This document shows, piece after piece, positions 56,105 to 64,000 of a DNA stretch of 64,000 nucleotides. The notes below the pieces were generated by a model, which made no database searches, was not told where the DNA came from, and saw only the letters and a list, made by a program, of their open reading frames with translations. How positions within the stretch are numbered: position 1 is the stretch's first letter; every line of letters begins with the position of its first letter. The stretch spans positions 42,098,001 to 42,162,000 of the forward strand of contig OX597823.1 in assembly GCA_951406725.2 (NCBI GenBank), given 5' to 3'. The DNA is from Octopus vulgaris (Eukaryota). A program made the position numbers and the translations under genes.

Positions 56105-56421
56105 GGTGAGGGTGCATGGCTTAGTGTTTAGAGCATCGAACTTATGACTGTGAGGTTGCGAGTTTGAATCCTGGACCGGGCTGCGTGTTGTGTTCTTGAA
56201 CGAGACACTTTCTTTCACATTACTCCAGTTCCTCAGCTGTAGAAACGAGTTGCAATGTCACTGGTGCCAAGCTGTATCGGTCTTTGCCTTTCCCTTGGAT
56301 AACATCGGTGACATGGAGAGTGGAGGCTGGTATGCATGGGCAACTGTTGGTCTTCCATTAACCACCTTGCCCGGACTTGTGCCTCGGAGGGTAACTTTCT
56401 TGGTGCAATCCCATGGTCATT
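56105..56421 (+). mobile_element. SINE family D
   Basis: tRNA-like head (TGGCTTAGTG, GTTTGAATCC); homologous to the inverted copy at 62462-62799. Confidence 0.85.
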
Positions 56422-56478
56422 TGTATGTGTATATATATATTTATGTAAATATATATATATAATATCCATGTATATATG

Positions 56479-56524
<46 letters not shown>

Positions 56525-56625
56525 TATACATATATATACATACATAAAATATATAGGGTAGCGAGTTTTTTAGAAATTTCACTTCCATTAGCCTAGCATA
56601 TATAAAAAGTCAATATTCTCAATAT

Positions 56626-56820
56626 AAATAGTGTACATTTAAACACAAGAGAAACTACCTTTAACAGGCTGCTTTACATGCTAGAAGAAGCAGTCAAAAC
56701 GACCAAAACTACATTTAAGAGCAATTTCGAAATGTGGTTTTGGTCGTTTTGACTGCTTGTTCTAGCATGTGAAGCTGCCTGTTAAAGGTAGTTTCTCTTC
56801 TGTTTAAATGTACACTATTT
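56626..56820. repeat. Near-perfect inverted repeat, 91-bp arms and 13-nt loop
   Basis: 56626-56716 versus 56730-56820, five mismatches by manual alignment. Confidence 0.95.
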
Positions 56821-56844
56821 AATATATATATATATATATATATA

Positions 56845-57321
56845 TACATTGAATCATCACATAAATAATGCAGTTTTTCCAATTGTATAACTAAAAGTCA
56901 GATGGGGATGGGATAAATTATCTGCATCAACTTGCTATAAAAGCAGGTAGTAATTTTACCATATTATTAGTGTAAGTTTTGAAGAGTGCAGTTCAATTTT
57001 AACAGTTATTTTTTCAAAGCTATAATAGAAGTGGCAAAAGAGCATATTCAGCATATTTCTCTTTATAAGTTCAATAAAGAAAATAACGCAATGGAAAATG
57101 TGAAGAATATTAATCCGGTATATGGGGATCAAACAATACGTGTAAACCAGTGTTAGTGGTGATTCCAGAAATTCCGAGCTGGAAACTACAGCCTAGAAGA
57201 TGAGCCTCATCCTGGAATATCTGTAGAGCTTGACGAGGATGTCCTGCAAACCCTGGTGGAACAAAATCCCACCGTAAATGTTGAAGAACTAGCAGAGAAG
57301 CTTGGATTTGGTCATTCAACC
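56845..57321 (+). mobile_element. Mariner 5' remnant
   Basis: From about 57028 reads EVAKEHIQHISLYKFNK...FQKFRAGNYSLEDEP...LVEQNPTVNVEELAEKLG with stops. Confidence 0.85.
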
Positions 57322-58142
57322 AAATCCATACCACAATGGTGATAATTAGCTGCCTCTCATGTAATGAAACTGGCCAATTCACTGGAACAGGATTAAGTTA
57401 GGGCTGAGAAGGTGGAAACTTAGAGACTGATAAGTTGTGATGTTGGATAAAGAACAAATACTGATGATGATGATGAAGATATCGTATATATGTTTATATC
57501 AATATATATGTATATATATTGATACACACACACATATGTGTATATATAAACACACACATACTTGTATTTTATTCATCTTACATAAGTATACATTTCCAAG
57601 GAATAACAAAAACAGACACACGAGAGACTAAATTGCACTTACGAATTCAATTAATAAGTAGCACAATAACAGACAGTATGGCATTTCAAATTATCTTCAT
57701 TGGAACCTATTATATTTACCCATAAACACAAGTGTATAACATCATGTAAACACAAACAAAACAGTCTTGTATTGTATAAAAAGCCATGTCATTTTAAAGC
57801 TAATTGACTTATGTCTTGACATAGAGGTGATCTGACAGAGATATGAATAAATAAACAGATAAATAATATTTACTACTACTTGAACAAATTCTTTGAAATA
57901 TATGAAGAAAATGGATCTTATGCTATAGCCCAGGGCCAACCAAAGCTATGCAAGTGGATTTGGTAGAAACTGGAAGCTTCATTGAGTGTGTCCGTGTGTG
58001 TGTGTTTCTTTGACCACCACCACCACCACCACTACATCACAACTGGTGTTTACATCCCTGTAACTCTGCAGATTGGCATAAGAGACTGATATGTTAAATA
58101 CTAGGCTAGAAAAAAAAATCACTTTAGTTGATTCATTTGATT

Positions 58143-58449
58143 TGTTTGTTCCTTCTTCTCGAACCATATCTGGCTCATAAGGGCTGGTTTCCCGGTTTCA
58201 TTGGCGTATAGGTCCCCCACCTGGACGGGATGCCGGTCCATCGCAGCTGAGCTGCTAGATGCAGGAGGAAAGAGTGAGAGAAAGCTGTGGCGAAAGAGTC
58301 AGCAGAAGTTCGCCATTACCTTCTGACGGAGCCTCGTGGACCTTAGGTGTTTTGCTCATAAACACACACATCGCCCGGTCTGAGATTCTAACCCGAGATC
58401 CCTCGACCACAAGTCCACTGCTCTAACCACTAGGCCATGTGCCTCCACC
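58143..58449 (-). mobile_element. SINE family E with 13-bp TSD, nested in an old SINE A (about 57920-58490)
   Basis: gattcatttgatt at 58130-58142 and 58450-58462; homologous to 63668-63974. Confidence 0.92.
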
Positions 58450-59089
58450 GATTCATTTGATTAAAACCTTTCAAGAGTTGTGACAGTGCAGTTCGATGTC
58501 CTCTTCTGTCTGAAGTCTTCCTCTGAGAAAGAAATACATTTCTAACAAGGATACTTACAAAGATTGCAGATTGCAATGTAGATAAAAACAATGTCATATT
58601 TTCAACTAAGCAAAGTCTCTACATATTTTTACTGTTCAACTTAGAGATTTTATTTGTACTGTGTGTGTTGATTTCTATTTTTGAAACCCCAAGCTTTTCC
58701 AGATTGTAACTTGCTTGTTTACTAGCAAAACTAAATACATTAATTATTATTGGTATAAATATGAATTTATAATCTGCATGTAAACGCCAAAGGTTTCGAA
58801 GTTCATAGTTATCACCTTTATTTCACCAGTGAAGTTTACACGGCATATATGTATGTATCAGTTTTTAAAGGGTAAATTCATTAGAACATAATAATCTTAT
58901 TGATGAGATACTAATGAGTCATATATTAAGAATACATTGCTTATTAAGTCAAATAATTGAATTATATATATGTATTTATTTATGTATGTATGTTTATGCT
59001 GGTTGAATGTGTCATATATATGTATGAATGCATGTATATACATACATGCATCTAATAATAAAAATCAGTGAGATATATATATATATATA

Positions 59090-59520
59090 CTCTTACTCTT
59101 TACTCTTTTACTTGTTTCAGTCATTTGACTGCGGCCATGCTGGAGCACCGCCTTTAGTCGAGCAAATCGACCCCGGGACTTATTCTTTTTTGTAAGCCCA
59201 GTACTTATTCTATCGGTCTCTTTTGCCGAACCGCTAATTGACGGGGACATAAACACACCAGCATCGGTTGTCAAGCAATGCTAGGAGGTCAAACACAAAC
59301 ATACATGCACACAGACACACACATATATATACATATATATATATATATACATATATATGACAGGCTTCTTTCAGTTTCCGTCTACCAAATCCACTCACAA
59401 GGCTTTGGTCGGGCCGAGGCTATAGCAGAAGACACTTGCCCAAGATGCCACGCAGTGGGACTGAACCCGGAACCATGTGGTTGGTAAACAAGCTACTTAC
59501 CACACAGCCACTCCTGCACC
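59090..59520 (-). mobile_element. SINE family A, young full-length copy
   Basis: Very similar to 8487-8910; tail of aagagtaa-type repeats. Confidence 0.93.
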
Positions 59521-59568
<48 letters not shown>

Positions 59569-59569
59569 C

Positions 59570-60163
59570 AAACAGGAGAGATTGGATTAAGCATACATCC
59601 TTTATTGCATAATACTACAATTGTTTCATTTTCACTTTAGCAATGGATAATCTTGCTGAAATATTACTATGTATAATAAATGCATAAAATTTACATCAGT
59701 ATTACTTCCACAGCATTGCCAAAGGAAAACTCCTGGTATGAATGCAAAGTGTTTCCTAAATTAAACCAAATCCTACAGAATATAGACCTCAGCACATTCA
59801 AAAAATAAACTAAATTAGTTGACTCTTACTATTTGTTTTCTTCATTCACCCATTTTATTGACCAGCTAAACTGTACTTGTGGTTAATGATCTATAGTGTT
59901 TGTATTATTTTTTTCAATGTGTTGAGGTATATATTCTGAGGAATATGGTTTAATTTAACAAACACTTTGTGTTCATATCTGAGGAGTGTTTATTTGTCAA
60001 TGTTGTTGAAATAATACTGATGCAATGTAATAAATTTAATGCTTTTATTATATAATTATCTGCTGGTAAAGTGAAGATGAAGCAATTGTAACATTAAGTG
60101 AAGATGAAGCAATTGTAACATTATGCAATAAAGCATGTTCACTCAATCCAGGCTCTCCTGTTT
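59570..60163. repeat. Diverged fold-back, arms about 240 bp, Penelope-like
   Basis: 59570-59808 is the inverted counterpart of 59905-60163; 27-bp tandem duplication at 60069-60122 in the right arm. Confidence 0.85.
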
Positions 60164-60317
60164 ACATATTTCTATATATACTCTACTGATCTTCATGGAT
60201 TTCTGGATGTATCTTCATTAATATGATCGGTTTCCATTGTGAAACAGCTCCTGATTGACAATAACCGTGGATGAGCTTTATGAAGCAAACTACAAGATTC
60301 ATACCAAAATCGAATTG

Positions 60318-60357
<40 letters not shown>

Positions 60358-60359
<2 letters not shown>

Positions 60360-60566
60360 CCTCCCCTGGCACCTGTGCTGGTGGCATGTAAAAAGCACCC
60401 ACTACACTCATGGAGTGGCTGGCGTTAGGAAGGGCATCCAGCTGTAGAAACACTGTCAGATCAAACTGGAGCCTGGTGCAGCCTCCTGGCTTCCCAGACC
60501 CCGGTCGAACTGTCCAACCTGTGCTAGCATGGAAAACGGATGTTAAACGATGATGAAGCTGATGAT
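60358..60566 (+). mobile_element. RTE 3' UTR fragment
   Basis: Closely matches the reverse complement of 22445-22650. Confidence 0.85.
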
Positions 60567-61529
60567 ATATATATATATATATAGTTCAAATGTACAAAAA
60601 ATAAAAGACAAGTGAGGAAACAACAAACAAGGTGTATTAGTTTAACACTTCAGAATTTAAAATGAGAGCAATTCAATGTTTTATATGTTAGTCCAGTGTC
60701 AGAAAAATATGGGGAAAAATTAGCATAGGAAGATGATGGGAATGAGAGAGAAATAGAAACTGTATTTAAAGAAAAAGAAACAAAAATTACAAAACTGAAT
60801 TATACAATTTAAAAACATATAAAATGCAAAAATTGAAAACGTGATACAGAAGGAAAGTAATGGATTAACTAGAGGGAATGGCAAAGTATAGGAAAATTTA
60901 AGAAAAAAGTAATGTGTAGATATTTAGATTATTATATCACCATTTTTGGGTGATGTGGGAATTCCAGACATCTGCACATTCAAAGAATGAATGATTAGAA
61001 ACTAGTAGAAGGGAAAATACTATATGTGTGCCTGTGTATGTGTGTTGCCATGATCTATGTATTTGTATGGATGTATGCAAGTGTAGAGGTATGGTGGCAT
61101 CAATTAATGTAGGGTAGGGGTTGTTTGTTTGTGTGTGTTGCATACGTGTTTGTGCAATTGTTAGATGGGTAGTTTGATAAAATGTACGTAAGGCTGTAGG
61201 TGTGTCATTAAAATAAGAAACAAGACACACATGTACTTTGCTGTGTACTGACAATTTGCAGAACTACTACTACACATGCAGAAATATAACAGAGACAAAT
61301 TGGATTTTTACGTTTGTATTTATACAAACATGTGATAAGTACTTTTTTTTTATGTCTGTGCAAATATGTATGGATGTAACTCTGTATACATTAGTATGCT
61401 GAAATACACATACATGTATACATACATACATATATTTTTCTGCAGTATACATGAATACACTTAAGTACATACTTAATAATTTTTGTGTGTACTTATAATT
61501 TTTACGTGTATAGATGTATGTAAATGTGC

Positions 61530-61571
<42 letters not shown>

Positions 61572-62461
61572 AATTTAGCAACAATATTTACTTTGATATA
61601 TGATCTGAAATATAATTCATAAGCTTGGTTAACTGGTCTAATGTTAGCTGTTTTCCAAAATCTAAGAAATATTTCCTGGGTTTTTTTTTGAAGTAGATTA
61701 AAAATTTAACAACTATGATTATACTCTTTCTGTGATTCTATACTGTTTGTATTATTTTTTTTTTTTTGGTTGTTTCTAATATTTTATGCTCCTTCTAATA
61801 TTTCTAAGAATGTATGAATAAATATTACAAGATAAAAGAGTTATATGTTTAACAATTCATTGCTACACAGTGCATACATACTGCACATCAATTCTGACCA
61901 AAAGATACTTTTATATATACTTGAACAGACACAGACATAACAAGTTAAAACATTATACATAATACATTGTCTACATCAACCCTTTTCATCTTTTCTATTT
62001 TTCTACTTCCATCTCTTTCCTCTGCCCCCACTACAATTTTTTTTTATTAATTCTTTTTATTTTTCTCCTTCATCTTCTTTCTTACCCAAACAGTTTCTTT
62101 CTTTTATTTCTGTTTCTCTTAATGAGTATTTCCTTTCAATCTTTTTTCCTCATTTAATTTACCATTGTTCCATTTCCTTCTGTTTCCATTTTAATGGTTT
62201 TTAGGAATGATTCTATGGGTTTCCGGGAAATATTTGGTGCAGGCATGGCTGTGTGGTTAAGAAGTTCACTTCCCCACCATCCTTGCTCAGATGTTTTCTT
62301 CTTCTGCTATAACCCTGGGCCAACCAGTGCCCTGGGAATGAATTATGATCTCACTTAGCAAACAAGTGGAGGGTTGGTGACAGAAAGAGCATCTGGCCAT
62401 AGAAGACACTGTCTTATTTGACTCATGCAACTGGGGAAAGTTGACATTAAAACAATGATAG

Positions 62462-62799
62462 GGTAAAGACCCCCTTCAGTCATGAATGGTCATGAGATTG
62501 CATTAGAAAGTTCCCCTCCAAGGCACAAGTCCAGGCAAGGTTGTTTATGGAAGGCAAGCAGTCGCCCATGCATACCAACCTTCCCTCTTCACACTACTGA
62601 TCATTATCCAAGGGAAAGGCAAAGGCCAATACAGCTTGGCACCAGTGATATCACAACTCATTTCTACAGCTGAGTGAACTGGAGCAATGTGAGATAAAGT
62701 GTCTTGCTCAAGAACACAACACAGCCTGGTCCAGGAATTGAACTCACTACCTCATGATTGTGAGCCCGATGTTCTAACTGTTGAGCCATGCACCTTCAC
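62462..62799 (-). mobile_element. SINE family D, full length
   Basis: Inverted homologue of 56105-56421 with extra 3' end gaagggggtctttacc. Confidence 0.87.
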
Positions 62800-63667
62800 G
62801 TCAGATTAGTCAATGACTCGATTAATCTGGTGGCATTAAACATTTGAGAATACCTTCTAAGTCTACAACTTACCAATACACGTAGATATAAGTGAACGTA
62901 AGCATATCATCTCTCCAATGATAACAGTAATAATGTTATGATTATCACAAAACACTCTTCACTGTTGTCAGCTATAACTTGTCAACTTAAGATCATCTTC
63001 ATAGGCACTTGGCCAGCTAGATATGTCAGCCAAATATCACTTAAATTTCCCTTTAATGCACCTTGTATCTTGAAGGTCGATCCAGAACATCATCATCACA
63101 TTTTTATCTCTTTCCAGTTCCACTCAGATCACATCTACTCTATTTTCTTTGCTGTGAGTAGCTGTGTAACTCTTTTACAGCAAGAAACGTGTTCTATTGT
63201 GAAGTGAAGGACCTTTTTCCTTCATTTAAACTCCTCATTCCTTAGCATAAAGCCATCTCCTTCTCTGCTGTTAAATGTGGTTTTTAGTCTTACAGGAAGT
63301 TGAACAGCAACTTCTCTAGTGCTGGTGTTACAAAAAGAAGGCATCCAGTTTATGCTGTAAACCAGATGAGATTAGGATGGTCATCTATTCATAAAAACTA
63401 AACCAAAGAAGACATTGGAGCATAATGAAGTCTTTAGACTTATATGATCTTGTCAAACTATCTCACCCATGCCATCACATCAGATGATGTTGAATGATGA
63501 TGATACAGATGTTGCTAACCATCATGTGACATTACATTTGTGTGCCTTGCTTCACACGGTGTTTTCATGTAGCTAATGTCTTGCCATTTCATTTAGCTAT
63601 TGTACTGATTTAAAGGGGTACACACTGTGCAGTTACTGTTGAGTTGTTGTTTATCCAGGGGTTTGGG

Positions 63668-63974
63668 TGTGGAGGCACATGGCCTAGTGGTTAGAGTAGC
63701 AGACTCGCGGTTGAGGTATTGCAGGTTCGAATCTCAGACTGCGCGATGTGTGTGTTTATGAGCGAAACACATAAGCTCCACGCGGCTCCGGCAGAAGGTA
63801 ATGGTGAACTTCTGCTGACTCTTTCGCCACAATTTTCTCTCACTCTTTCCTCCTGCATCTTGCAGCTCACCTGTGATGGACTGGTGACCCGTCCAGGTGG
63901 GGAACCTATATGTCAAGGAAATCAGGAAACCAGCTCTTATGAGCCAGGCGTGGCTTGAGAAGGAACAAACAACA
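63668..63974 (+). mobile_element. SINE family E
   Basis: A box TGGCCTAGTGG, B box GGTTCGAATC, cctgtgatggactgg..cccgtccagg block resembling the V-SINE motif, (AAC)-rich tail. Confidence 0.9.
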
Positions 63975-64000
63975 GGGTCTCGGGTGCAGCGAGTGCAAGC

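Noticed and set aside
63671-63745. Possible tRNA gene with A and B boxes
   Set aside because: No acceptor-stem pairing or T-run terminator; it continues into a SINE body that has a TSD-flanked homologue at 58143-58449.

Overview
AT-rich eukaryotic DNA, almost entirely non-coding (intronic or intergenic). The SINE repertoire and the (TA)/(CA)/(TAT)/(GAT) microsatellite load match what I recall for Octopus (coleoid cephalopod) genomes; the species call is inference. None of the listed ORFs is an intact host gene: they are microsatellite read-throughs, SINE read-throughs or transposon remnants. Supported content: five tRNA-type SINE families (informally A-E here); decayed RTE LINE pieces; four R4/Dong-like 3' fragments, two of them directly abutting (TAT)n; four mariner remnants; one Tc1/maT remnant; hAT, TTAA and TA-flanked MITEs; and Penelope-like fold-backs at 53-60 kb. 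Most notable: (1) co-oriented head-to-tail trains of one SINE subfamily in (TAT)n tracts, interleaved with oppositely oriented R4/Dong fragments; (2) several long hairpins, including a 91-bp near-perfect stem, some carrying degenerate hammerhead-ribozyme cores; (3) three frame-preserving micro-exon candidates at 36.8-44.8 kb. A hand-assembled exon chain at 3.3-9.7 kb is reported at low confidence. Family names come from recalled motifs, not database searches.
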